Shown here piece after piece: positions 26,497 to 35,976 of a stretch of 64,000 bases of DNA. The stretch spans positions 3-64,002 of the forward strand of contig CAWHFK010000007.1 in assembly GCA_963828655.1 (NCBI GenBank). Direction: 5' to 3'. How positions within the stretch are numbered: the first letter of the stretch is position 1; each line of letters begins with the position of its first letter. The notes under the pieces were generated by a model. It saw nothing but the letters and a program-made list of their open reading frames with translations. It was not told the DNA's origin and made no database searches. Position numbers and translations under genes: made by a program. This stretch comes from an uncultured Thermoleophilia bacterium (GTDB taxonomy: Bacteria > Actinomycetota > Thermoleophilia > Gaiellales > Gaiellaceae).

Positions 26497-28941
26497 CTAA
26501 TCTGCGCGGAGGGCGAGCGTGAGTGTCTCCTCGAGCGTAAGTGCGCGTCCCTCCGCGTGGAGGGCTGCAAAGGCATCCTCGCCGAGGCTTGCGCGTAGAG
26601 CTGCCTTCGCCTCGTCGCGGACACGGGCCTCGAGCGGCTCGAGGTCTGAGGCTGTCTCCTCACACAGCGCGTCCGCGCGGCCGAGCAGGCGCGCGGCCCG
26701 AGCCGGGTCATCGCGTGCGTACGCCGTCCCGAGACTGGCGAATCCGTACATGAACCCCTCCACCTGCCCCAGTTCGCGTGCCGCACTGAGACCATCGCGC
26801 AGAAGCGGACGTGCGTCCCGGGCATCGTCGAGCAAGAGCATCGTGAAGCCGAGATTCAACGATGCGCGGGCGATGAGGTCTTGGTTGCCCAGCTCCCGGC
26901 CGGCAGCCAGGCTCTCTTGGAAGAGCTCGAGCGCCCGTTCGTACTCGCCGCGACTCAGCTCGACGTTGCCGATGTTGTTCACGCAGTGAGCTACCAGCGC
27001 CGAGTCGCCCAGCTCGCGCGCGAGTCCCGCCGCCTCTGCGTGCAGGCGCACGTCCTCATCCGGGTCGTCGGTGACGATCCCTGCGATCAGCAGGCCGTCG
27101 AACCGCGTCCGCGGGGAGCCAATCTCCGCGGCGAGGGCGAGAAGCTCCTCCGAAACGGCGCGCCCCCGCTCGACGTCCCCCTGCCAGACGGCGAGCAGGC
27201 CGGCGCCCGGGAGCGCGTCGGCGCGTAGGCGCGGATCGTCGCAGCCGGCGAGAGCCGGCTCGAGCCAGCGGCGGCCCTCGCTCCAGTAGCCCCGCGCGAA
27301 CCAAAACTCGAAGGCCGCGGCGCCGAGCCGCAATGCGACGTCGGCGCGACCGTGCTCGAGCGCGTCGCCGAGCACGGCGCGGAGGTTGTCGTGCTCCGCT
27401 TCGAACCGGTCGAACCAGACCGACGAGCTCCAGTCCCGCAGCTCCGGCTTCGCGAGCTCGCCGAGCTCGAGAAAGTACGCGGCGTACCGTCGCCGGAGAT
27501 CCTCGGCGCCACTGGAGTCTCCGAGCCGCTCGAGCGCGAGCTCGCGGATCGTCTCCAGCATCCAGAAGCGCTCGTCCGTATGCCGCAGCAGGCTCTTGTC
27601 GACGAGCGACTGCAGCGCGTCCAGGTCGGCGTCGCAGACGCTCTCAGCCGCTTCCAGCGTGCAGCCGCCGGCGAACACGCCGAGCGCGGCGAAGAGCCAC
27701 TTCTCCTCTTCGGTGAGGAGTTCGTAGCTCCACTCAATGGTGGCCCGCAGCGTCTGTTGGCGCGCGTCGGCGTCGCGGCCACCCCTGAGCAGATCGAGCC
27801 GCTGGGAGAGACGTTCGAGGATCTGGCGCGGGCTGAGCACGCTCGTTCGCGCCGCGGCCAGCTCGACGGCCAGGGGCAGATCGTCCAGGCGGGCGCAGAG
27901 CTCTGCGATCTCCTCGCTCGGCTCCAGACGGGAGCGGGTACAGAAGAGTTCGACCGCCTCGGGGCCGGCCAACGGCGGCACCGGGTATTCGGTCTCGCCG
28001 CGGATGCGCAACAGCTCCCTGCTCGTCACCAAGAGGCGGAGGTTTGGGCAGGACTCGAGCAGCGAGCCGAGCCCCGGCGCGGCTTCCACCACCTGCTCGA
28101 AGTTGTCCAACAGCAGGAGCAGCTCGCGTTCGCCGATGTGCTCGGCCAGGCCGTCCTTGGCGCCCAGCGTCTGGGCGACGGTCTCGGCGACGAGAGCCGG
28201 GTCGCGCAGGGCGGCCAGACCGACCCAGAAGACGCCGTTCCGGAACTCCGGCACCAGCTCGGCCGCCGATTCGACTGCGAGTCGTGTCTTCCCCGAGCCG
28301 CCCGGGCCGGACAGCGTGACGAGTCGCGCACCGTCCTGCAGCAACTCGACCACGTCTGCCACCTCCCGCTCGCGGCCCACGAACGACGACACCGGCCGCG
28401 GCAAGTTCGTGTTCGAAATCGTCTTCAGCGGTGGAAACCGCTCCTCGCCAAGTTGGAAGATCCACACCGGCTCCGCGAAGTCCTTCAGCCGGTGCTCGCC
28501 GAGGTCGGTCAGCTCACCGTGAACGAGCGCCCGCGTCGCTGCGGACAGCACTACCTGGCCGCCGTGGCCCGAGGCAGCGATGCGAGCGGCCCGGTGCAGC
28601 TCGCGGCCGGCATAGCCTTCGCTTGTCAGCCGCAGCTCGCCGGTGTGCAGCCCCATCCGCACCTTTACCTCGCCCGACGTGAGCGCCTCCTGACCCTGAT
28701 CCGCGGCGGCCAGCGCCTTCCCCGGATCGGTAAAGACATAGAGAAACGCGTCTCCCTGCGTGTCGACCTCCAATCCGCCATGCGCGGAGAACGCGACGCG
28801 CAGAACACGACGGTGCTCCGCGAGCGCGCGCACGTAGGCTTCCTCGCCGAGCTCGTCGATGAGCCGCGTCGAGCCCTCGATGTCAGTGAAGAGCAATGTG
28901 ACGGTGCCGGCCGGAAGATCCGCACGCACGGTCGAGATCAT
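26497..28941 (-). CDS. Cyclase-homology domain + NB-ARC (STAND) NTPase + TPR protein (paralog of 13612-16074)
   Basis: LLFTDIEGST, VDTQGDAFLYVF, GRELHRAARI. Walker A is GPGGSGKT and Walker B is LLLLLDNFE. Also LLVTSRE, DLPLAVELAA and TPR-like repeats. Confidence 0.9.
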   Translation of the reverse strand: MISTVRADLPAGTVTLLFTDIEGSTRLIDELGEEAYVRALAEHRRVLRVAFSAHGGLEVDTQGDAFLYVFTDPGKALAAADQGQEALTSGEVKVRMGLHTGELRLTSEGYAGRELHRAARIAASGHGGQVVLSAATRALVHGELTDLGEHRLKDFAEPVWIFQLGEERFPPLKTISNTNLPRPVSSFVGREREVADVVELLQDGARLVTLSGPGGSGKTRLAVESAAELVPEFRNGVFWVGLAALRDPALVAETVAQTLGAKDGLAEHIGERELLLLLDNFEQVVEAAPGLGSLLESCPNLRLLVTSRELLRIRGETEYPVPPLAGPEAVELFCTRSRLEPSEEIAELCARLDDLPLAVELAAARTSVLSPRQILERLSQRLDLLRGGRDADARQQTLRATIEWSYELLTEEEKWLFAALGVFAGGCTLEAAESVCDADLDALQSLVDKSLLRHTDERFWMLETIRELALERLGDSSGAEDLRRRYAAYFLELGELAKPELRDWSSSVWFDRFEAEHDNLRAVLGDALEHGRADVALRLGAAAFEFWFARGYWSEGRRWLEPALAGCDDPRLRADALPGAGLLAVWQGDVERGRAVSEELLALAAEIGSPRTRFDGLLIAGIVTDDPDEDVRLHAEAAGLARELGDSALVAHCVNNIGNVELSRGEYERALELFQESLAAGRELGNQDLIARASLNLGFTMLLLDDARDARPLLRDGLSAARELGQVEGFMYGFASLGTAYARDDPARAARLLGRADALCEETASDLEPLEARVRDEAKAALRASLGEDAFAALHAEGRALTLEETLTLALRAD

Positions 28942-29040
28942 CCGCCGCCAAGAATCCTCCGTCCAGCCTCCGGCCCACTCCTGCGCTGGATCACCCGGCT
29001 TTGGACAATCCGGGAACCGTGACAATCCGCTCTATCGATC

Positions 29041-29080
29041 TAGCGTGTACTACGCTATAGTACTCCGTACTACGCGTTAG
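29041..29080. promoter_or_regulatory. AT-richer operator-like repeats upstream of the RHH/DUF433 gene
   Basis: TAGCGT-N5-ACGCTA inverted repeat, plus the direct repeat GTACTACGC twice, 21 nt apart. RBS GAAGGAGG at 29096-29103. Confidence 0.5.
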
Positions 29081-29109
29081 CAACCACTCCACCGAGAAGG
29101 AGGCCCCCC

Positions 29110-29526
29110 ATGTCCAAGCGGGTGACCTCGATCCGGATTTCTCCGGACATCAAGGAAGAACTTGAACGACGCGCACGAGAGGCAGGCGTGCCATCAGCAG
29201 CTCTCTATGAGAGATTCATCGATGAGGGTTTGCGACACGACGCCCACCCCCTCATCGTGTTCCGAGGCGGCGCGGCCGGACGTCGTGCCGTAATCGCCGG
29301 GACGAGGATCTCCGTCGCGCAGGTCATCGACACAGTCTTGGCTAGCGACGATCATTCAATCAAACAGGCAGCCGAATATCTGGGTCTTCCTGAGAGCCAT
29401 GTCAGCGAATGCGTGAGGTATTACGCGTCCTATCGAGACGAGATCGACGAATGGCGCAACCGCTTGTCAGAAATCGCGGAGCGCGAGCGGGATGCTTGGC
29501 AGCGTGAGCAGGCTGTCTTTGCGTGA
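29110..29526 (+). CDS. RHH + DUF433 domain protein (antitoxin-like)
   Basis: N-terminal VTSIRISPDIKEELERRAREAGV (RHH-like). Then PLIVFRGGAAGRRAVIAGTRISVAQVID, which is DUF433-like. Confidence 0.75.
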   Translation: MSKRVTSIRISPDIKEELERRAREAGVPSAALYERFIDEGLRHDAHPLIVFRGGAAGRRAVIAGTRISVAQVIDTVLASDDHSIKQAAEYLGLPESHVSECVRYYASYRDEIDEWRNRLSEIAERERDAWQREQAVFA

Positions 29527-29882
29527 AGCTGTGCCTCGACGAGCACTACGCCGTACAGATCGCAACTGAGCTCCGCGGCATCGGCCACGACGTCGATTGC
29601 GTCAAAGAGCGCCCTGAGCTCATAAGCCTGTCGGACAGTGAGCTTCTCTCGCTGCTGACGGCGGAACGCAGGGCGCTGCTCACCGAGAACGTTTCGGACT
29701 TCGCGCCTCTTGTCCGACAAATCCTCGCGGCCGGCGAGTCCCACTCCGGGATCATCTTCTCGTCGCCACGCAGCATGCCTCGGTCACGAAACACCATCGG
29801 AGCTTTCGTAGCGGCGCTCGATGCTGTCATGCGCCGCTTCCCGCATGAAGACGATTTCGCCAACAGGATTGAGTGGCTCTGA
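29523..29882 (+). CDS. DUF5615-type PIN-like protein (toxin-like partner of DUF433)
   Basis: GTGA overlap with the upstream gene. MKLCLDEHY...LLTENVSDF...GIIF is the pattern of the DUF5615 family (by eye). Confidence 0.7.
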   Translation: MKLCLDEHYAVQIATELRGIGHDVDCVKERPELISLSDSELLSLLTAERRALLTENVSDFAPLVRQILAAGESHSGIIFSSPRSMPRSRNTIGAFVAALDAVMRRFPHEDDFANRIEWL

Positions 29883-29964
29883 TCCTCCCACCGATGCGGC
29901 CTTGTGGCGCGCGTTCCGTATTCGCATTGGTCTTGCCGACGCCTCGGCCCTGACGCCAATGATC

Positions 29965-30102
29965 GTCGCCGGTGATCACATCCACGCCGGTCGAGCGAGA
30001 GATCGGGACGACATCGTGGCCCCTGCCCTCGAGTACGTCGACGGTATGACGTCCGACCTTCCCGGTCGCCCCCGCCACTGCAAATCTTCTGGGTGTTTCC
30101 AT
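29965..30102 (-). pseudogene. N-terminal fragment of an NAD(P)-binding (NmrA/SDR-like) protein
   Basis: FAVAGATGKVGRHTVDVLEGRGHDVVPISRSTGVDVITGD is a Rossmann GxxGxxG start. Similarity is lost after about 46 aa. Confidence 0.55.
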
Positions 30103-30270
30103 GGTTGTCGTCCTTTCTCGAGTCGTACTGGTTCGTGGGCAGTCACAGGTAGCTGCGCGTTCGCGCCGAGCAACGACATGCCGCGGTCAGACGGTCCGCT
30201 TTGTGGGTTGGCCGGCATCGGCGAACTGGCTCCAGCGTGGGACGACGGCTTGGATGTGCGGCCGCTGCCA

Positions 30271-31779
30271 TTACGCTGCCTCCTCGAGCGCGAACTCGGT
30301 CTCGACCGGCATCGCCTCAGGAGCTGCCTTCGGCTTGGACTCGAGGAAGGCCGCGGCGAGCGCAGCTCCCGCGAGCGTCACGCCGGCGAGCGTGTAAAAG
30401 GCGACCTGGAACCCGTGCGTAAGCGCCGGGCCGCTCGATGCGAGCACCGCGTGGCTGTGCGCGTAATGGGTCGATGCGGTGGCGGCGATCGTGGTCACCG
30501 TGGCCAGCCCGATCGAGCCGCCGATCTGTCGGCTGGTATTGATCAGCCCGGACGCGACGCCGGCATCGGCCGGCTCTACGCCGGTCAGGCCGGCGATCGT
30601 CACGGGCGTGAACGACAGCGCGAGCCCGATCCCGCTGAGGATCAGACCAGGGAACACGTCCCAGAAGTAGTGCCCGCCCGCCGGCATCTGGGCGTACAGC
30701 ACTCCGCCCGCCGCCGAGAGCAGCAGACCGGCGCTCAGCACCGCTCGTGGGCCGCGCCGGGTGGTCAGCGCCTGGCCGACGTTCGCGAAGGCGACGATCG
30801 TGACGGTGATCGCGATGAAGGCGACGCCGGTGTTGATCGCCGAGTACCGCAGCACCTGCTGCAGGTACAGCGTCAACAGGAAGAGCTGCGCGAACGCGGT
30901 TGCTCCGATCGTCAGCATCGCCGCATTGGCTGCGGAGAGTGTGCGGAGTCGGAAGATCCGCAGCGGTAGCAGCGGTGCCGGGGAGCGTGCCTCGATCCCG
31001 ACGAACGTCGCGATCAACGCGACGGCGGCCGCAAGCAGCCCGAGCGTCACGCCGTTGCTCCAACCGTGCTGGCTTGCCCGGGTGATCGCATAGACGAGGA
31101 CCATCAGGCCGGCCGTGATCGAGGCGCCGCCGAACACGTCGAAGTGGCGGTGCCCGAGCGCTGCCCGACTCTCACGTACCAGCCACGGGGTGACGGCGAG
31201 CACAGCTGCGCCGACCGGCAGGTTGACGAAGAAGATCCACGACCAACTCAGGTACGAGGTGAGCACACCGCCGAGCAGCACGCCGACGGCGCCGCCGAGG
31301 CCGGATGCAGCGCCCCACACGCCGAGAGCGATGTTCCGCTCACGCCCCTCACGAAAGGTGGTGACGACGATCGAGAGCGCGGCCGGGGCGAGCAATGCAC
31401 CGCCAAGCCCCTGCAGCCCCCGCGTGAAGATCAGCGCGCCTTCCGACCAAGCGAGCCCCGAAAGCAACGACCCCAGCGTGAACACGGCGACACCTGTCAT
31501 GAACAGCCGCTTGCGCCCGAGCAGGTCGGCAAGTCGCCCGGCCAGGAGCAGCGTCCCGCCGAACAGGATCGAGTAGGCCGTGATCACCCACTGCAGGCTC
31601 TCCTGCGAGAAATGGAGGTCGTGCTTGATCGCCGGCAATGCGACGTTCACGACCGCGACGTCAACGATGACCATGAACTGTGCGGCCACCATCACCGCCA
31701 GAACAAGCCAGCGCTTCCGCTCCGAACCGGTAGCCAATTTCGCTTGAGGGCGCTCGCGCATGCGGACGTGAGTGCTCAT
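30271..31779 (-). CDS. MFS transporter, 14-TM DHA2 (EmrB/QacA-like)
   Basis: VDVAVVNVALPAI...LAGRLADLLGRKRLF... and about 14 helices. The ATG at 31779 has AGGAGG 5 nt upstream; that RBS lies inside the longer ORF. Confidence 0.9.
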   Translation of the reverse strand: MSTHVRMRERPQAKLATGSERKRWLVLAVMVAAQFMVIVDVAVVNVALPAIKHDLHFSQESLQWVITAYSILFGGTLLLAGRLADLLGRKRLFMTGVAVFTLGSLLSGLAWSEGALIFTRGLQGLGGALLAPAALSIVVTTFREGRERNIALGVWGAASGLGGAVGVLLGGVLTSYLSWSWIFFVNLPVGAAVLAVTPWLVRESRAALGHRHFDVFGGASITAGLMVLVYAITRASQHGWSNGVTLGLLAAAVALIATFVGIEARSPAPLLPLRIFRLRTLSAANAAMLTIGATAFAQLFLLTLYLQQVLRYSAINTGVAFIAITVTIVAFANVGQALTTRRGPRAVLSAGLLLSAAGGVLYAQMPAGGHYFWDVFPGLILSGIGLALSFTPVTIAGLTGVEPADAGVASGLINTSRQIGGSIGLATVTTIAATASTHYAHSHAVLASSGPALTHGFQVAFYTLAGVTLAGAALAAAFLESKPKAAPEAMPVETEFALEEAA

Positions 31780-31841
31780 TTGTTCCTCCTTGGACATCGT
31801 GTTTCGTCTAGGCGACGAACCAGCCGCGTCCGAGGGGACAG

Positions 31842-32245
31842 TCAGCTCAGAGCTCTTCGATCCGCGGTGAGCTGCTCGAGCGACGCATGCCCGGCCCGCG
31901 AACGGCGTCCGGAAAAGGTGACGCGGGATTGCAGTACCGGGACGAGGCTGGAGATGAACGGCGGTACCGTGCTTAATCGCTGACGCTGTGTCTCAAGCGC
32001 GGACGATGTGTTGCCTCGTATACCAACGTTGCCGGTGCGCCAGCCCCTCCCGCTACTGGGTCGCGTAGCGACCAATCCCGTGAGTTCAGGGTCCGGGTCT
32101 TCGTCACGGCTGCGCACCCAGCGTCTCCCGCAGCTCTGCGCTCCGGCGAGCTATGGATGCCGACCGCATCGTGGCCGGCATCAAGCAACTGCAGGATGAG
32201 ACGACGCCCGATTGCACCGCTCGCCCCCACGACGAAGACACGCAT
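31842..32245 (-). pseudogene. Decayed NAD-dependent epimerase/dehydratase-like gene (multiple frameshifts)
   Basis: MRVFVVGASGAIGRRLILQLLDAGHDAVG matches the N-terminus of the intact paralog at 32879-33817. Continuation is only recoverable by switching frames. Confidence 0.6.
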
Positions 32246-32446
32246 GATCCTTCCCTTCTTTGAGTGGTCTCGTCATCTACGAGACGAGTGAGCGACGCGC
32301 GAGGGGACAGCTCTCGGCCGATGGCACTCGGTGTCCCGTCGAGCGCCTCCGGCTCGTGGATGCGATCGTGTCCGCCGCATAGACGACTCGAGCCGAAACC
32401 GTGCCGGCTCCGGGACATGTAACGGCAAGCCAACGAGGGAGGACAG

Positions 32447-32761
32447 ATGATTGCGCGGATCTGGAGAGGCGCAGTCCGTAAGCAGGACGGCAATGCCTAC
32501 GCCGGGTACATGCAGGCCACAGGTGTCGCGGGATACACAAACACGCCCGGCAATTGCGGGGTCTGGATGCTCCGCCGCGACATCGGTGAGAAGACTGAGT
32601 TCTTGATGTTCACACTCTGGGACTCGCTGGACGCAATCAAGGCGTTCGCAGGCCAGGATTACGAAACGGCGGTTTTCTATCCTGAAGACGATCGGTTTCT
32701 CATCGAACGCGATCTGACTTCAAGCCACTACGTCGTCGACACGCACGCCTCGCCAAGCTAG
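32447..32761 (+). CDS. ABM (antibiotic biosynthesis monooxygenase-like) domain protein
   Basis: 104 aa, MIARIWRG...FLMFTLWDSLDAIKAFAG, typical of small ABM-fold proteins. GGGAGGA RBS. Confidence 0.7.
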   Translation: MIARIWRGAVRKQDGNAYAGYMQATGVAGYTNTPGNCGVWMLRRDIGEKTEFLMFTLWDSLDAIKAFAGQDYETAVFYPEDDRFLIERDLTSSHYVVDTHASPS

Positions 32762-32823
32762 CGTCGCGGCGCTGCGACTCGGAAGGCTCGCGGCGTCAGG
32801 CGCGCCTCGACAGACGACCCGTC

Positions 32824-32850
32824 CTTGACCCTCCCGGGGGGAGGGTCAAG
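32824..32850. terminator. GC-rich hairpin between convergent genes
   Basis: CTTGACCCTCC-CGGGG-GGAGGGTCAAG, an 11-bp perfect stem with no U-tract. Confidence 0.5.
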
Positions 32851-32878
32851 AGCAGGCCCGTGGGAGCGCAGCGGTCGG

Positions 32879-33817
32879 TCAGGCTGCAGCGAACCCCCCA
32901 CGCCAGCTCGGGTGCGCTGGGCGCCAATCGAGCTCGCGCTTTGCCTTGGCGTTCGACGCTCCGCGAGTGTCGGTCATCATCACCACGCCCACCTCTCCAG
33001 CGAACAGCCGCCCGACGAGCTGCGGCACGCGCCTCGGCCTCTTGGCGCCGATCTCCTGTGCCAGCGCCGGCAGCCATTCGGCGACGGGGGCAGGGTCGTC
33101 GTCGACGACGTTGTAGGCGCCGCGCCCGCCGTGCTCAACGGCCGCCACCGTCGCCTCGGCAGCGTCGGCGACGTGGATGAACGACCACACGCCGCCGGCG
33201 TCACCGACCAGCGGGAACTTGCCTTTGCGGACGAGCTCGACCTGCTCCGCGTCAGGCGCCAGCGATGTTCCCGGCCCGTAGAACGCGCCGTAGCGCAGCA
33301 CCACCCCCTCCGTCCACCGCGCACCCAGAACCGCCTGCTCGACGTGACGGATCGCGTCCAGAGTCTTGCGCATCTCGCGCGCGGGCGTGGGATCGAACGG
33401 GTCATCCTCGCTCTTGATCGGCCCGCCGGTGCGCGCGTATGCCCACGCGCCGATGCTCTGTGCGACGAACCGCCGTACCCCAACCGCGTTGCCGGCCGAC
33501 AGCAGGTGGTCCGTCCCCTCGGTCCGCAGGCGATTGGTCAGAGCGAAATCGCGATCGAAGTGCCGTAGGTCCAACGTCGCCGGGATCGCGGTCAGCTGAT
33601 GGACGATCACATCCGGGCGGGCCCGGCCCACGGCCTCTGCGACCTCGTCGGGATCGAGCGCGTCGGCGACCACCGGCACGGCCCCCAACTCTGAGAGCAG
33701 CTCCTGCTTGGACCCGCTCCGGGTCATGCCGTAGACCTCGTGACCCGCGGCAACCAGACGCGGCACCAGCTGCTTGCCGATCGCGCCCGTCGCTCCAGCC
33801 ACAAACACTCTCATCAT
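32879..33817 (-). CDS. NAD-dependent epimerase/dehydratase family protein
   Basis: MRVFVAGATGAIGKQLVPRLV (Rossmann fold) and full-length SDR-extended-like body. Start at one of two adjacent ATGs (33817 or 33814). Confidence 0.85.
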   Translation of the reverse strand: MMRVFVAGATGAIGKQLVPRLVAAGHEVYGMTRSGSKQELLSELGAVPVVADALDPDEVAEAVGRARPDVIVHQLTAIPATLDLRHFDRDFALTNRLRTEGTDHLLSAGNAVGVRRFVAQSIGAWAYARTGGPIKSEDDPFDPTPAREMRKTLDAIRHVEQAVLGARWTEGVVLRYGAFYGPGTSLAPDAEQVELVRKGKFPLVGDAGGVWSFIHVADAAEATVAAVEHGGRGAYNVVDDDPAPVAEWLPALAQEIGAKRPRRVPQLVGRLFAGEVGVVMMTDTRGASNAKAKRELDWRPAHPSWRGGFAAA

Positions 33818-34072
33818 CAACCTCCCTGCTCGTGGTTTCATCAGGGCCACGAACAAGAAGCGCTGAAGGGGACAGACCTCCACCAGCGGCCGCACTTCAA
33901 CCGCGCCGCCCATCCGCGCTGCCGGGACCGGAACGAGCCGAACTGGCCGCCGTGCTGACCGAATTGCGCGGAGACCGGCCCGGCATCGAGCCGTAACGGT
34001 TTCGGGACGGGACGTGGTTAGGTTTCAGGGGATCGCTGTGGACGCGAACCCGAGTAGAGCGCGGAGCGGAAA

Positions 34073-35281
34073 GTGATGGCCGGTCGGTCCCGGTTGGTGT
34101 GGCCGCTCTGCGCCGTGGCGGTTGTGGGCGCGGCCGCGGTGATCGTCTTGGATGTTCTTGACCGCTCGCGGATTCATTCGTTGCACGATGCGCAGCCGGC
34201 CGGGATCGTCTTGCCGCTGTCGTTCGCATTGCTGGGTGCGGTCATCGTGTCGCGGCAGCCGGGGAATCGGATTGGCTGGATCTACCTGCTGATCGGCGTG
34301 TTGATGCCGTGGCAGCCGTTGGGGGCTCTGTACTACGAGCGGAGCGTCATCTCGGGTGGGTTGCCGGGGGCGCGCTGGGCGGCCTGGCTGAACAGCTGGG
34401 CTGTGCCCCTGGTCTTCCCAGCCGGGTTGTCGCTGTTTGCGTTTCTGCTGTTCCCGAGCGGCCGTCTGCCCTCCGAGCGTTGGCGGCCGGTTGCGTGGTT
34501 GGCGGTTGCAATGACGTTGTTCGGGGTCGCGTTCTGCTGGGTCAGCCCCACGCCGATCACGGTCTCGTCTGATCTACCGGACGTGGCGAACCCGACCGGC
34601 ATCTCTGCGCTCGGGCCAGTCGCGAGCAGCGCGGTCGGCAACGTCTGGTGGCTGATCGCAATTGTGCTGCTCGCGGTCACGATCGGCAGTCTGGTTCATC
34701 GCGGCCGGTCTGCGGCCTCCCAGGAACGACAACAGCTGAAGCTGCTCGCCTATGCGGCGGCGCTAACGATCGGCGTCCTGTTGGTGGTGATGATTGTCGG
34801 CATGGCGGGTGTCTCGGTGAGCCCTGGGTGGAGCGACGCAGCAGTCGTGCTCGGGTTCGGTGTCGCCGTGCCGGTCGCTTGCGGCATCGCGATTCTCAAG
34901 CACGGCCTGTACGAGATCGACCGGTTGATCAGCCGCACCCTCTCCTACCTGATCATCACCTGGCTGCTGGCCGGGGTGTTCATCGGGATCGTCGTGCTCG
35001 CAACGGATGTGCTGCCGTTCTCCTCACCAGTTGCCGTGGCCGCATCGACATTGGCCGCTGCGGGCCTGTTCAATCCGCTACGGAGGCGGGTGCAGCATCT
35101 CGTCGACCGGCGCTTCAACCGCGGCCACTACGACGCCGAAGCGATCGTTGCGGCCTTCAGCCAGCGGCTCCGGGAAGCGGTCGAGATCGAGACCGTCCAC
35201 CGAGAGCTGGTTGCCGCAGTCAGCGGAGCAGTGCATCCCGGCCACGCGTCCCTCTGGATCAAACCACCACCCCCCGCGTAG
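34073..35281 (+). CDS. Kinase-less sensor-like polytopic membrane protein (paralog of 23628-24836)
   Basis: Also 402 aa. The C-terminal third is highly similar (LYEIDRLISRTLSYL...LFNPLRRRVQHLVDRRFNR.HYDAEAIV...SLWIKP). Confidence 0.8.
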   Translation: MMAGRSRLVWPLCAVAVVGAAAVIVLDVLDRSRIHSLHDAQPAGIVLPLSFALLGAVIVSRQPGNRIGWIYLLIGVLMPWQPLGALYYERSVISGGLPGARWAAWLNSWAVPLVFPAGLSLFAFLLFPSGRLPSERWRPVAWLAVAMTLFGVAFCWVSPTPITVSSDLPDVANPTGISALGPVASSAVGNVWWLIAIVLLAVTIGSLVHRGRSAASQERQQLKLLAYAAALTIGVLLVVMIVGMAGVSVSPGWSDAAVVLGFGVAVPVACGIAILKHGLYEIDRLISRTLSYLIITWLLAGVFIGIVVLATDVLPFSSPVAVAASTLAAAGLFNPLRRRVQHLVDRRFNRGHYDAEAIVAAFSQRLREAVEIETVHRELVAAVSGAVHPGHASLWIKPPPPA

Positions 35282-35378
35282 GTGCCGAGCGCCCCCACGT
35301 GCGCCGCTGACGCCGGAGTGGGTTCCGCTGCGATGACCTGATGAGTACTGAGCCTGCTCGGCGAGTCAACCTCAGCGT

Positions 35379-35702
35379 GACGAGGAGTGGCTGCTGGTCG
35401 TCTCAGGCACGCCAACCGTGCGGCATCCAGGCGGCGAGGAGCAGCTCGAACCATGGGACGTCGTCTTTTTTCCCTCCGGCCCCGCCGGAGCGCACCTCGT
35501 GCGGAACAACAGCGAGTCACCCGCCCGCGTCGCAATGTTCTCCTCGAGCGCCGCGGCGGTCGGTGCCGTCGTCTACCCGGACAGCGACATGGTCTGGGTC
35601 TGGACGGACGACGACGCAGTCGACATCATCGTCAAACGGAGCAGCGCCGTGGACGACATTGCACCGTGGACTGGAGAAGGAACAGCAGGCGCCGAGACGT
35701 GA
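35379..35702 (+). pseudogene. 5-prime-truncated cupin gene
   Basis: DEEWLLVVSGTPTVRHPGGEEQLEPWDVVFFPSGPAGAH aligns with residues about 65-105 of the intact cupin at 35977-36441. There is a stop at 35349-35351 and no N-terminal half. Confidence 0.7.
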
Positions 35703-35705
35703 GCG

Positions 35706-35861
35706 CTCGCCTGCCCGAGTGATCCGGAGTGACCGTCGAACAGCGATCCGAATCAGATTCGCTCTCTGAATCTGATTCGCGAGTTTCTCGGAAGGCAGCC
35801 GGCAACTCGAAACTCGTGAATCTGGTTCGGCTGCGCCGAATCAGATTCGGTGGCCTGGGCC
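35706..35861 (+). repeat. Copy 2 of the ~155-nt three-hairpin element
   Basis: Stems at 35749-35760/35768-35779 (12 bp), 35780-35787/35809-35816 (8 bp) and 35818-35830/35836-35848 (13 bp including one G-U). Confidence 0.85.
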
Positions 35862-35976
35862 AGTGTTGACCCCTGATAGGCGATGCTGTTCGGGATGGAG
35901 GCGAACGAATCGGTCGTAGTCGTGAACAAACAGGCGTGGTCAGACGATCAACGCTTTGCGAAAGGGGGTCGTCCGG

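Noticed and set aside
27352-29022. Long plus-strand ORF (556 aa). Similar long ORFs occur at 38462-39610, 40262-41512, 43907-45217, 47755-49410, 49622-50674, 47055-48302 and 60331-61899.
   Set aside because: All are antisense or out-of-frame shadows of well-supported genes. They are extremely Arg/Pro/Gly/Asp-rich with no recognisable motifs, which is typical of high-GC genomes.
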